NCBI GenBank assembly: GCA_963787805.1
Contig: CAWBEJ010000025.1
Span: forward strand, 30,475-94,474
From: an uncultured Actinomycetota bacterium
GTDB lineage: Bacteria; Actinomycetota; Actinomycetes; Actinomycetales; Dermatophilaceae
Direction of reading: 5' to 3'
Length of the DNA: 64,000 nt
Shown here: piece after piece, positions 40,839-53,200 of the stretch
How positions within the stretch are numbered: the first letter of the stretch is position 1
Layout: each line of letters begins with the position of its first letter
Notes under the pieces: model-generated
What the model saw: the letters and a program-made list of their open reading frames with translations, nothing else
What the model was told of the DNA's origin: nothing
Databases searched by the model: none
Made by a program: the position numbers and the translations under genes

Positions 40839-40947
40839 CAGGCCATCGTGGCACTGGGAGACCGGGTCGCGCTGGGAACCGGCGGACGTGGGGCGGGGTG
40901 TGGACGGGCCCGCGAGCAGTGACGCCGGCACGGCATACCCTGCTCTG

Positions 40948-43165
40948 GTGCCCTCCCTCGACGACCTCCTGCGCGCCGCCGTGGGCTGGATCGGCGGCAC
41001 CGAGCGGCCCGGTCAGGTCCTCATGGCGCACGCCGTCGCCGAGGCGATCGAGGGGGAGCGCCATCTCCTCGTGCAGGCCGGTACGGGCACGGGGAAGTCC
41101 CTGGCGTACCTCGTCCCCGCGGTGCAGCACGCGTTCGACACGGGGAGGCCGGCCGTCGTCGCGACGGCGACGCTCGCGCTCCAGGCCCAGATCGTCGACC
41201 GAGACATGCCACGGCTCGCGGATGCGGTCACGCCACTGCTCGGCCGTCGTCCCACCTACGGGCTCGTCAAGGGCCGGCGCAACTACCTGTGCGCGCACAA
41301 GCTCGAGGGCGGCTTTCCCGACGACGACGCGGACTCGCTCATGTCCGTGGGTGCTGTCGACGTCCAGGCCTCCCGGCTCGGGCGGGAGGTCGTGCGGCTG
41401 CGAGAGTGGGCGGCGACGACGGAGTCGGGTGACCGCGACGAGCTCGTCCCGGGCGTGTCGGAGCGGGCCTGGCGACAGGTCTCGGTGAGTGCGCACGAGT
41501 GCCTCGGCAGCCGCTGCCCGATGGTGGCGGAGTGCTTCGTCGAGCGGTCCCGGGAGGCGGCCCGCGACGTCGACGTCGTCGTCACGAACCACTCGTTCAT
41601 GGCCATCGACGCGTTCGAGGGACGGCAGATGCTGCCCGAGCACGACGTGCTCGTCATCGACGAGGGGCACGAGCTCGTCGACCGGGTCACCTCGACGATC
41701 ACCGACGAGGTGACGGCCGGCATGGTGCGCGCCGCCGCCAAGCGGGCCGGGCGCCAGGCCGACTCGGCGCAGGCTTTGGACGACGCGGCCGACCTCCTCG
41801 AGTCGGTCCTCGAGCCTGCGCCCGAGGGGCGGCTGACGGGCATCCCGGACGCGCTGGGGATGGCGCTCGGCCGCGTCCGCGACACGGCCCGCACCGTGCA
41901 GAGCGAGCTGAAGCCGCAGCAAGGGGAGGAGCCGGACGGGGCCCGGCAGGTCGCCCGGGCGGCCGTCGACGAGGTGTTCGAGAACGCCTCACGGATCCTC
42001 GAGGAGCGGGACCTCGACGTCGTGTGGCTCGCCCGGGACTCGCGTCGGGGGGCCGTCCTGCGGGTGGCGCCGATGAGCGTCGCGGACATGGTGCGCGACC
42101 GTGTCTTCTCGGAGCGGACCGTCGTGCTCACCTCGGCCACCCTCGAGCTGGGCGGCACCTTCGACGCGGTGGCGGGCACCATCGGCCTGCGTGGCGAGGG
42201 CGCCCCCGAGTGGCGCGGGCTCGACGTCGGGAGCCCGTTCGCCTACCCCCAGCAGGGCATCGCCTACGTGGCGCGCCACCTTCCGCCGCCGGGACGCGAC
42301 GGGCTCGCCGGCGAGACACTCGACGAGATCGAGGCGCTCGTCCGAGCCGCGGGTGGCCGGACCCTCGGGTTGTTCTCCTCGATGCGTGCCGCGAAGGAGG
42401 CGGCGGAGGCGATGCGCGAGCGGTTCGATGCAGGAAGCCGTCGTGTTCCTCTGCCAGGGTGAGGACCAGATCAGCACCCTCGTGCGGCAGTTCGCGCGCG
42501 AGGCGCGCACCTGTCTCTTCGGCACCCTCTCGCTGTGGCAGGGGGTCGACGTTCCGGGGTCCTCGTGCCAGCTCGTGCTCATCGACCGCATCCCGTTCCC
42601 GCGGCCGGACGACCCGCTGGCCTCGGCGCGTTCCCAGGCCATCGCCCGGATGGGGGGCAACGGGTTCATGGCGGTCTCCGCCACCCACGCGGCGCTCCGG
42701 CTCGCGCAGGGCGCCGGTCGGCTGATCCGCCGTGGCGATGACCGCGGAGTCGTCGCCTTCCTCGACTCGCGGATGATGACCGCCAGGTATGCCGGGTTCC
42801 TCCAGCGGTCGCTGCCCCCGTTCTGGCCGACCGCGGACCGCGAGATGGTCCTGCGCGCACTGCGCCGGCTCGACGAGACGGCCCCGCCCCCCGTGGCCGT
42901 GACCGAGCCGGCCCTGCGCGGCCTCAGCGGAGGCGTCGCTGCCGCTGTCGACGACGGGGAGCGCCGACCCGTGGCAGAGGCGCCTCCGCCACCGGAGTCG
43001 TCGCGGACCGCGGTGACCCACGGCCATGCGTGGACCGAGCAGGAGGACGAGGAGCTGCGCGACGGGGCCGAGCTGGGACTCACCCTCGACGAGCTCGCCG
43101 AGTCGATGGAGCTGCCGGTGGACACCGTCGCGGCCCGGCTGTCGGGTCTTGGTCTGCACGCATGA
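40948..43165 (+). CDS. dinG: DinG-family ATP-dependent helicase, frameshift at ~42435, with C-terminal Myb/HTH-like extension
   Basis: QAGTGTGKS, Fe-S cysteines, DEGH, TSATL in the first frame; [16 protein letters not shown] in the second frame. Confidence 0.92.
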
Positions 43166-43192
43166 TCGTCCTCGGCTGGCAGAGTGACCGCC

Positions 43193-44182
43193 ATGGGTGA
43201 CGAGGTCGTGGTCCAGCACCGGGTGCCGCCCTACGTGCTCGTGGCCGGGCCCGAGCAGCTCCTCGCCGAGCGCGCTGTCGCCCAGACCGTCGACGAGCTC
43301 AGGGTGACCTAGCCCGACCTCGAGGTCATCCGGCTGTATGCCGCGGCCTACGAGGCGGGAGAGCTGACCCTCCACGCGAGCCCGTCGCTGTTCGGCGGGG
43401 CCAAGTGCATCGTCGTACACGATCTGGACGAGGCCTCGGACGACCTGCAGGCCGACCTGCTCGCGACGCTGGCCGCGGAACCGGAACCCGACCTCACCCT
43501 CGTGGTCGTGCACAAGGGCGGTGTGCGCGGCAAGAAGGTGCTCGACGGCCTCCGGGGCGCCGGCGCCCGGGTGCTCGACGCCCCCGCGATCAAGACGGAC
43601 CGGGACAAGTCCGACTTCGCCGCCCACGAGTTCCGCCGGGCCCGCCGCAAGGCGACGGGCGAGGCGGTCCACGCGCTCGTCGAGGCCGTCGGCAAGGACG
43701 TCCGCGAGCTCGCCGCGGCCTGCCAGCAGCTCATCGACGACACCACCGGCGTCATCGACGAGCAGGTCGTGCTCACGTACCACGGGGGGAAGGTCGAGGC
43801 GACGGGCTTCCGGGTCGCCGACGCCGCCATGGCCGGGGACACGGGGGAGGCGCTCCGCCTGCTTCGGCACGCCATCGCCGTCGGTGTCGACCCTGTCCCC
43901 ATCGTCGCCGTCCTGGCCCAGCAGGCCCGGCAGCTCATCGCGGTCGGATCCGCCGGCCGGGGCCGCTCGGTCGACGTCGCCCGCGACCTGGGCCTGGCCC
44001 CGTGGCAGGTGGACAGGGCGCGCCGCGCGCTCGGCGGGTGGACCGCCGAAGCGCTCGCGACCTGCGTGCACGCCGTCGCGGCAGCGGACTTCGAGGTCAA
44101 GGGTGGCGGCCGGGACCCGGTCTACGCCGTGGAGCGATGCGTCCTCACCATCACCGGACAGCACGCCCGTCACCGCACCTGA
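43193..44182 (+). CDS. holA: DNA polymerase III delta subunit, with in-frame TAG at 43310-43312
   Basis: LVAGPEQLLAERAV, SPSLFG, VHKGGVRGK, VGKDVRELA, PWQVDRAR, VKGG..DP.YA.E; precedes rpsT. Confidence 0.92.
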
Positions 44183-44359
44183 GCGTTTTGGCCGCCAGCG
44201 GTCACCACTGGTAAGTTTGTTCCTTGCGTGCGCGCTTGAGGTCGTGCGCGCACGAAGCACCATCCAGCGCGTGTCCTCCATGGGTGTCCCCACGCCCGGT
44301 CCCGGCTCGCGACTGCCGCCCTCTACGGCATACCGACCCCACAGAAAGCACACGAACCA

Positions 44360-44620
44360 GTGGCGAACATCAAGTCCCAGCTCAAGCGGATCAAGACGAA
44401 CCGCCTCGCGACCGAGCGCAACAAGGCGATCAAGTCCGAGTTCAAGACGGCGATCCGCAAGTTCCGCGAGGCCGCCGACTCCGGCAACGCCGACGAGGCC
44501 AAGCAGGCCCTGGCGGTCGCGTCGACCAAGCTCGACAAGGCCGTGAGCAAGGGCGTCATCCACAAGAACCAGGCGGCGAACAAGAAGTCCTCGATGGCCC
44601 GCAAGGCCACCGGTCTCTGA
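44360..44620 (+). CDS. rpsT: 30S ribosomal protein S20
   Basis: [30 protein letters not shown]. Confidence 0.99.
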   Translation: MANIKSQLKRIKTNRLATERNKAIKSEFKTAIRKFREAADSGNADEAKQALAVASTKLDKAVSKGVIHKNQAANKKSSMARKATGL

Positions 44621-44648
44621 CCCGGGCCGAGCGGCGCGACTGGGGTCG

Positions 44649-45134
44649 TCAGGCCCCGCGCCGTGCCAGGACCGAGGCGACCGCGGCGAAGCGGTCCGGC
44701 GACAGGACGGCACCCTCACGGCGGACGGCCCGTGGGTCGACACGCACCACCCGGTCGACGCGCACCTCGCTCGGGCGCCGCTGGCGGTCCCACGCCCCCG
44801 TGCCGACATCGACCCAGCGCGGTCCTCGTCGGCGGTCGTTGGCGGGATGGCCGTCGTGATCCTTGCTCGTCAGCTGAAGGGCCAGCAGCCAGGGACCGTC
44901 ACGACCGACGATGAGGACCGGGCGGTCCTTCCCGCGGGAGTGGTCCTCCTCGAACGGCACCCACGTCCAGACCACCTCGCCGGGGTCCGGTCGGCCGTCG
45001 GGCCGGGGGGAGTACGCGGGGGTGAGCCGGCCGGTGAAGTCTCCCGGGTACACGGGCTCGGCACCTCGACGCCGCACGAGCCAGGCGCGGAGCCGGGTGA
45101 GCAGGGAGGGGCTGGTACCCGAGGCGGACGGCAT
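44649..45134 (-). CDS. PemK/MazF-like protein (no adjacent antitoxin)
   Basis: YSPRPDGRPDPGEVVWTWVPFEED..GKDRPVL, LTSKDH, W.DVGTGAWD. Confidence 0.85.
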   Translation of the reverse strand: MPSASGTSPSLLTRLRAWLVRRRGAEPVYPGDFTGRLTPAYSPRPDGRPDPGEVVWTWVPFEEDHSRGKDRPVLIVGRDGPWLLALQLTSKDHDGHPANDRRRGPRWVDVGTGAWDRQRRPSEVRVDRVVRVDPRAVRREGAVLSPDRFAAVASVLARRGA

Positions 45135-45185
45135 GGCCGGGAGCCTAGTGGTGGGGGACGACGGCTGTGGGAAGCCCGGTGTGTC

Positions 45186-45204
45186 GCAGGTTAGGCTTAC
45201 CTAA
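45186..45204. promoter_or_regulatory. IdeR/DtxR iron box
   Basis: GCAGGTTAGGCTTACCTAA, 16/19 to TTAGGTTAGGCTAACCTAA, abutting -10 TACGCT of the iron ABC operon. Confidence 0.9.
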
Positions 45205-45242
45205 TACGCTGACGGTGTCGACCCCTGCCCGAGGAGCCCCAC

Positions 45243-46277
45243 GTGAAGTCCGTCCGACGAGTGCTCGCCGCGAGCGCCGCCGCCCTGATCGCCCTCACCA
45301 TGACCGCCTGTGGCGAGGACGGCGGGGAGGAGCCGCTGTCCGACGACGCGCTCGTCATCTACTCGGGCCGCAACGAGAACCTCGTCGGCCCGCTGCTCGA
45401 GAAGCTCGAGGACGAGACGGGCATCGACGTGCAGGTCCGCTACGCCGGGTCCAGCGAGCTCGCCGCCCAGCTGCTCGAGGAGGGTGAGGGCACCAAGGCC
45501 GACCTCTTCTTCTCCCAGGACGCCGGCGCCCTGGGCGCTCTCGCCAAGGCGGACCGCCTCGAGACGCTCCCCGACGCCACGCTCGCGAAGGTCCAGGAGG
45601 GCTTCGCCGACCCCAAGGGCCACTGGGTCGCCACCTCCGCCCGGGCTCGCGTCATCGCCTACGACCCTGCCCAGGCGCCGGAGGTCACCGACATGACGAC
45701 CGTCGACGCCGTCCTCGACCCGAAGTACAAGGGCAGGATCGGCTTCGCGCCGACGAACGCGTCCTTCCAGTCCTTCGTGACCGCCCTGCGGGTGACCAAG
45801 GGTGAGGACGGTGCCAAGGAGTGGCTGGAGGCGTTCAAGGCCAACGAGCCCAAGGCGTACGACAACAACATCCTCGTCCTCGACGCGGTCGACTCCGGCC
45901 AGGTCGCCCTGGGGCTGATCAACCACTACTACTGGTACGAGCGGGTCGCGGAGAAGGGAGCGGACGCCGTCAACGCGAAGATCCACTTCCTGAACTCCGA
46001 CGACCCGGGCGCCCTCGTCAACGTCGCCGGCGCCGGCATCCTCGCCGGCAGCCCGCAGAAGGACGCGGCGGTGAAGGCGGTCGACTTCCTCCTCTCGGAG
46101 GAGGGCCAGCGCTACTTCGCCGACGAGACCGCCGAGTACCCGGTGGTCGACGGCATCACGTCGACGACGCACGACCTCGTGCCGCTCTCCGAGCTCGAGC
46201 GCTCCAGCGTCGACCTCAACTCCCTCGACTCCCTCGAGCAGACCCTGGCGCTCCTGGACGAGGTGGGACTCACCTGA
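45243..46277 (+). CDS. Fe(III) ABC transporter substrate-binding lipoprotein (FbpA/FutA-like)
   Basis: Lipobox MTAC, YSGR, APTNASFQ, INHYY. Confidence 0.92.
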   Translation: MKSVRRVLAASAAALIALTMTACGEDGGEEPLSDDALVIYSGRNENLVGPLLEKLEDETGIDVQVRYAGSSELAAQLLEEGEGTKADLFFSQDAGALGALAKADRLETLPDATLAKVQEGFADPKGHWVATSARARVIAYDPAQAPEVTDMTTVDAVLDPKYKGRIGFAPTNASFQSFVTALRVTKGEDGAKEWLEAFKANEPKAYDNNILVLDAVDSGQVALGLINHYYWYERVAEKGADAVNAKIHFLNSDDPGALVNVAGAGILAGSPQKDAAVKAVDFLLSEEGQRYFADETAEYPVVDGITSTTHDLVPLSELERSSVDLNSLDSLEQTLALLDEVGLT

Positions 46278-46282
46278 GCACG

Positions 46283-47866
46283 ATGACGACGCCGGAGGTG
46301 CGGGCCGCGGACGACGCGGCCCGCGTGCCGACGCACCGAGGCCACTCCAGGGTGCCGCTCTTCCTCAGCGCGCCGTCGGTCGTCGTCGCCGTTCTCGCGC
46401 TCCTGCCGATCGCCTACCTCCTGGTCCGGACGGCAGAGGCCGGTGCGTCGCGCGTGGCGGAGATCCTCCTGCGCGAGCGCACCCTCCTGCTCATCGGCCG
46501 CAGCGTCCTCCTCGCCACCCTGGTGACCTCCCTGAGCATCGCCATCGGCGTGGGCCTCGCCTTCCTGGCCACCCGCACCGACCTGCCCGGCCGGCGCCTC
46601 GTGGCCGCTGTCGCGCCGCTTCCGCTCGCGATCCCGAGCTATGTCGCGGCCTTCGCGTGGATCTCGGCGGTGCCCGAGGTCGCCGGGCTGGCCGGCTCGG
46701 TCCTCGTGCTCACCCTCTGCTGCTACCCCTACGTCTACCTTCCCGTGCTCGCGGCGCTGCGGCGCGCCGACCCCGGGGTCGGGGAGGTCGCCCGGAGCCT
46801 GGGACGCACCCCTTCCCAGGTGTTTCGTGAGGTGACGCTGCGTCAGGTGCGGCCGGCCGCCGCCGCGGGTGGCCTGCTCGTCGCGCTCTACACGCTGAGC
46901 GACTTCGGAGCCGTCTCGATCCTGCGCTACGACGTGTTCACCCGGGTGATCTACACGGCCTACCGGTCGAGCTTCGACCGCTCCACGGCGGCCGTGCTGT
47001 CACTGATCCTCGTCCTCCTCACGGTGGCGATCAGCGTGGGCGAGTCCAGGGTGCGGCGTCGCGACATCGCTCGGGTGGGCGGTGGTGTCTCCCGGGCGGC
47101 CGAGCCGGTGCGGCTGGGTGGGCTCCGGTTCCCGCTCATCGGCGCGACAGCGGTCATCCTGGCCCTGGCCCTGGCGTTCCCCATCGGCTCGTTGCTCTGG
47201 TGGTTCGCGAACGGCCTGTCGGCCGGCATCGACGGTGTCCACCTCGCCCAGAGCATCGTCGCGACCGCCTGGCTCGCGCTCCTCGGGGCCGTCGCCTGCA
47301 CGCTGGGCGCCGTGCCGGTCGGCATCCTCGCCGCGCGTCACCGCGGCAGGTTCACGACCGTTCTCGAGCAGGTGACGTATGCCGGTCACGCCCTGCCGGG
47401 GATCGTCGTCGCCCTCGCCCTCGTCTTCCTCGGCGTGCGAGTGGTTCCGTGGATGTACCAGGAGGCGCCGCTCCTCGTGCTCGCCTACGTGGTGCTCTTC
47501 CTTCCGACCGCGGTCGGGGCGGTCCGCAGCTCGGTGGCCCAGAGCTCCGTCCGCGGCGAGGAGGTCGCCCGGTCCCTCGGCGCCACACCGAGCGACGTCC
47601 TGCGCCGCGTGACCCTGCCGCTGGCGGCCCCGGGCATCGGTGCCGGGGCGGCCCTCGTGCTGCTCACGTGCATGAAGGAGCTTCCGGCGACCCTGTTGCT
47701 CCGTCCCACGGGAACCGACACCCTGGCCACCAGCCTGTGGACCGAGACCGGTGTGGGAGCCTACGGAGCAGCGGCTCCCTACGGCCTTGCCCTCGTGGTG
47801 CTCGCCGTCCTGCCGACGATCTGGCTCATGAGACTCACCGACCGGGAGCGAGGAACACCGCGATGA
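46283..47866 (+). CDS. Fe(III) ABC transporter permease
   Basis: PLAIPSYV, two EAA-like loops, SDFG, MKELPATLLL. Confidence 0.92.
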   Translation: MTTPEVRAADDAARVPTHRGHSRVPLFLSAPSVVVAVLALLPIAYLLVRTAEAGASRVAEILLRERTLLLIGRSVLLATLVTSLSIAIGVGLAFLATRTDLPGRRLVAAVAPLPLAIPSYVAAFAWISAVPEVAGLAGSVLVLTLCCYPYVYLPVLAALRRADPGVGEVARSLGRTPSQVFREVTLRQVRPAAAAGGLLVALYTLSDFGAVSILRYDVFTRVIYTAYRSSFDRSTAAVLSLILVLLTVAISVGESRVRRRDIARVGGGVSRAAEPVRLGGLRFPLIGATAVILALALAFPIGSLLWWFANGLSAGIDGVHLAQSIVATAWLALLGAVACTLGAVPVGILAARHRGRFTTVLEQVTYAGHALPGIVVALALVFLGVRVVPWMYQEAPLLVLAYVVLFLPTAVGAVRSSVAQSSVRGEEVARSLGATPSDVLRRVTLPLAAPGIGAGAALVLLTCMKELPATLLLRPTGTDTLATSLWTETGVGAYGAAAPYGLALVVLAVLPTIWLMRLTDRERGTPR

Positions 47867-48906
47867 GCACGCTGTCGATCCGCGACCTCGACGTCACGCT
47901 CGGGGACCACGCCGTCCTGCGTGGGGTCGACCTCGAGGTGCCGAGCGGCTCCATCACGGCGGTGCTCGGTCCCTCCGGGTGCGGCAAGACGACGCTCCTG
48001 CGGGCGGTCGCCGGCTTCGTCAGGCCCGACCGTGGGGAGGTCCGGATCGGGGACGTCCTCGTCTCCGGCGCCGGCCGTCACCTCGCGCCGGAGCGGCGAG
48101 GCATCGCGCTCGTGCCTCAGGAGGGGGCGCTCTTCCCCCACCTCACCGTTGGCGAGAACGTCGCCTTCGGGCTGCCTCGCGCCGAGCGCCGCCGCTCCCC
48201 GAGGGTGGGCCAGGTGCTCGACCTCGTCGGCCTGGCAGGTTTCGCCGACCGTCGGCCCGCAGAGCTCTCCGGCGGCCAGCAGCAGCGCGTGGCGCTGGCT
48301 CGGGCCCTGGCGCCGGATCCCTCGCTCGTCCTGCTCGACGAGCCCTTCTCCGCCCTCGACGCGGCGCTGCGTGAGTCGGTGCGCACCCAGGTCCGCGAGG
48401 CCCTCGAGCGCTCCCGCGCGACGGCCCTCGTCGTCACGCACGACCAGGACGAGGCGCTGTCGGTGGCCGACTCGGTCGCGGTCCTCGACGAGGGCCGCAT
48501 CCAGATGCACGACTCACCCCAGGCCGTCTACCGGTCTCCCTCGGGCCTCGGTGTCGCGCGCTTCGTGGGTCAGTGCGTGGAGCTGCCCGCCACGGTCTCC
48601 GGTGGGGTGGCGGTGACGGCACTCGGGCCGATGCCGGTGGAGGTCGTGCCCGCCGGCTCCGCCGTGGCGTCCGGCGTCGTGGTCCTTCGGCCGGAGCAGC
48701 TCCGCCTGCTCCCGCTGACGACGGGCGACGGGACCCCCGGCGAGGTCATGGGTGGCGAGTACTTCGGCCACGACGCCCTCGTGAGGGTGCGCATCACCGG
48801 TGCCGACCGCCCCCTGGAGGTCCAGGTCCGCACCCTCGGCGAGATCCCGGAGCGTGGAGAGGTCCGCGTGGGCGTCAGTGGGCCGGCGCGCTTCTACCCC
48901 GCCTGA
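47863..48906 (+). CDS. Fe(III) ABC transporter ATP-binding protein
   Basis: GPSGCGKT, LSGGQQQR, LLDEPFSALD, TOBE-like tail. Confidence 0.92.
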   Translation: MSTLSIRDLDVTLGDHAVLRGVDLEVPSGSITAVLGPSGCGKTTLLRAVAGFVRPDRGEVRIGDVLVSGAGRHLAPERRGIALVPQEGALFPHLTVGENVAFGLPRAERRRSPRVGQVLDLVGLAGFADRRPAELSGGQQQRVALARALAPDPSLVLLDEPFSALDAALRESVRTQVREALERSRATALVVTHDQDEALSVADSVAVLDEGRIQMHDSPQAVYRSPSGLGVARFVGQCVELPATVSGGVAVTALGPMPVEVVPAGSAVASGVVVLRPEQLRLLPLTTGDGTPGEVMGGEYFGHDALVRVRITGADRPLEVQVRTLGEIPERGEVRVGVSGPARFYPA

Positions 48907-50222
48907 GCATCGTCGAGGGGGTGCGCCAGCTCGTCCTGGGGGAGGCGCGCCCACAGGATGGCGACGACGGCGAAGAGGAGCGGTGCGACGCCGGCGACGG
49001 CGAAGGTGGTCGTGAGGCCGAGGGCCTCCGAGACCGGACCGGCGAGCGCCATCGACACGGGCATGAGCGACACGGACACGAAGAAGTCCAACGACGCGAC
49101 CCGGCCGAGCAACGCCGGCGGGACCCGTCGTTGGAGCAAGGTGCCCCAGATGACCATGGGCGCGGAGAACAGGGCACCCATGACGAAGGCGCACGTGACG
49201 ACGACCCAGACCTGGGTCGTCACCCCGATGAGGACGAACGGAACGCACGCGAGACCCCACCCGAGGTTCATCAGGGTGAGATAACGGCGCGGCATCCGCA
49301 CGGAGGCCATGGCGAGCGACCCCACGGCGCCGCCGAGGCCGAACCCCGCGAGCACGTACGAGTGGTCGCTCGGCCCGCCGCCGAGCTCGTCCTTGACGAG
49401 GAAGGGAATGAGCACCTCGAGGGGCCCCATCATGACGAGGATCATCAGCGAGGCGAAGAGCAGCGTGGCCAGCAGCCACGGCGTGCGGACCATGTAGACG
49501 AAGCCCTCGCGCATGTCGTGCATCGCCGAGCGGACCGGGTGTGACGCGTGCTCGGGGTCGAGCGTGCGCCGGACCGGCGTCTGAGGAACCTTGAGCAGGG
49601 CGAGCACGGTGACCACCGAGCTCGCCGCGGCGATCGCGAAGGCGGGCCCTGGGCTGGAGGCGGCGACGGCCGCTCCGGCCACGGCCGGGCCGATCGCCTG
49701 GCCGATCGTGGGCCGCACCATGCCCTCGAAACCGTTGACGGCCTGGAGGTCGGACTCCGGCACGAGGGCGGGCAACCAGGCGGAGTACGCCGGGTAGTAG
49801 AAGGCCATCGCCATGCCGGTCGTGAACGCGACGCCGGCGAGGACCCACAGGCTGTCGAGGTCGGCCGCGGACAGCAGCGCGACGAGTGACATGCCGGCCA
49901 GCTCGACGAGACCGACACCGAGGAGGATCACTCGCTGAGGCACCCTGTCGGCCACCACGCCGGCGACGAGTGCCGGCAGGAGGACCCCGACGGCGCCGGC
50001 CGTCGTCACGAAGGACAGGTCAGCGGGGCCGCCGCCCAGGCGGATGACCTCCCAGACGAGGGCGACCACCCACACCCCGCCCGCGAAGGAGCTGGCTGTC
50101 AGGGACAGCGCGAGCCACCGGTACGAAGGGGTGCGGAACGGCGTGAGGGCCCGCGGGAGCCGCCGGCCGACCTCCTGGTCGCCGACCGTGTCGCGCAGCG
50201 CATCGGAGAGCGGGTCGGTCAT
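48894..50222 (-). CDS. MFS transporter (DHA3/Tet(V)-like)
   Basis: GVVADRVPQR, FYYPAYSA, GRVASLDFFVS; 12 TM. Confidence 0.88.
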   Translation of the reverse strand: MTDPLSDALRDTVGDQEVGRRLPRALTPFRTPSYRWLALSLTASSFAGGVWVVALVWEVIRLGGGPADLSFVTTAGAVGVLLPALVAGVVADRVPQRVILLGVGLVELAGMSLVALLSAADLDSLWVLAGVAFTTGMAMAFYYPAYSAWLPALVPESDLQAVNGFEGMVRPTIGQAIGPAVAGAAVAASSPGPAFAIAAASSVVTVLALLKVPQTPVRRTLDPEHASHPVRSAMHDMREGFVYMVRTPWLLATLLFASLMILVMMGPLEVLIPFLVKDELGGGPSDHSYVLAGFGLGGAVGSLAMASVRMPRRYLTLMNLGWGLACVPFVLIGVTTQVWVVVTCAFVMGALFSAPMVIWGTLLQRRVPPALLGRVASLDFFVSVSLMPVSMALAGPVSEALGLTTTFAVAGVAPLLFAVVAILWARLPQDELAHPLDDAQAG

Positions 50223-51239
50223 CCCCTCAGCATGCTCCATCCACGTCGCTCGGCGATGAGGCGGATGGTCGCGTCCGCGAGGAGGAGCTGGTGCTTCCGC
50301 AGGGACGCGGTGCAGCCCGGCGGAGGAGGCTCGTCGACGTCCTCGAGGACGAACCCGGCGAGGGCAGCGAGGAACGCGTCGATGTCGTCGTCCCGCGCGC
50401 CAACGGAGGACCGGGGCGCTGCGGTGGGCGCGCACGTCGATGCCCTGTCGGGACATGCGCGGCCAGAGGCTGACGAGGTCGGCCCACGGTGGCCCGACGC
50501 GGACCCAGTTCCAGTCACACACCCGTACCGTGCCGTCGTCCTCGACGAGGAGGTTGTCCGGACGGATGTCCCAGTGCACGAGCGCCTCGCCCTGGCAGGC
50601 GCGCTCGGCTCGAGCGGCCAGCGCGACGAGCTCCGCGGTGCCGTGGCCGGTGGGTCGCGTGAGCCCGGACGGCCACGCGCGGCCACCGACCGCGAGGGCC
50701 TCCAGCGTGGTGTGCGCGCCGCCGTCGGGGCCGAGCTCCTGCGCCAGGGGCGTGGAGGTGACTCGCGCCACCACCTCCGACGGCGTGCTGGCGATCTCCA
50801 CGCACGCGCGCACGGTCGCGTCGGCATCCGTCTCCGTCCAGGGCCCTCCCGGCTGGCGGCCGTTCACGACGTCGAGGACGAGCAGGCGCCACGGCACGGC
50901 GTCGACGAGCACCTCGGCCGCCCCCATCAGCCGGGTCGGACACCGCAGTCCCGCGAGCTGGGGCAGAATGACCGCTTCCTGCGCGAGGGCCTCGAGGACG
51001 TGCGGCAGGCCGGCCCCGCCGGCCTTCGCGAAGACCTCCCGGCCGTCCTCGAGAAGCAGGCGCCCGGCATACGCCCCACTGAAGCCCGACGTGACCGGCG
51101 CACGAGCTCGGGCGACTGCGGACCCCGCGACGGCGCCGAGCCCGGCGCGGACGGCATCCGGCAGGGCGGCGAAGGTCGGTCGGGCCGACGTCCTCAGGTA
51201 GTCGAGCTCGGGCAGCCGACTCGGCGGCAGTGATGGCAC
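50219..51239 (-). CDS. Aminoglycoside-phosphotransferase-like kinase, frameshift at ~50405
   Basis: [26 protein letters not shown]; C-terminus continues in another frame. Confidence 0.8.
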
Positions 51240-51317
51240 CGGTCCAGACTCCCACCGCGGCCGTGGGAGACTGGGGGACAGTCCCTGACCGTCGCCACGC
51301 AAGGAACGCCACCACTC

Positions 51318-53174
<1,857 letters not shown>

Positions 53175-53200
53175 CACCCGGCCGGGGATAGCCTGCTGGG

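Noticed and set aside
40839-40947. Possible ZTP or THF riboswitch upstream of fhs
   Set aside because: No recognisable conserved elements; fhs looks leaderless (CACGAT-6nt-GTG), leaving no room for a leader.
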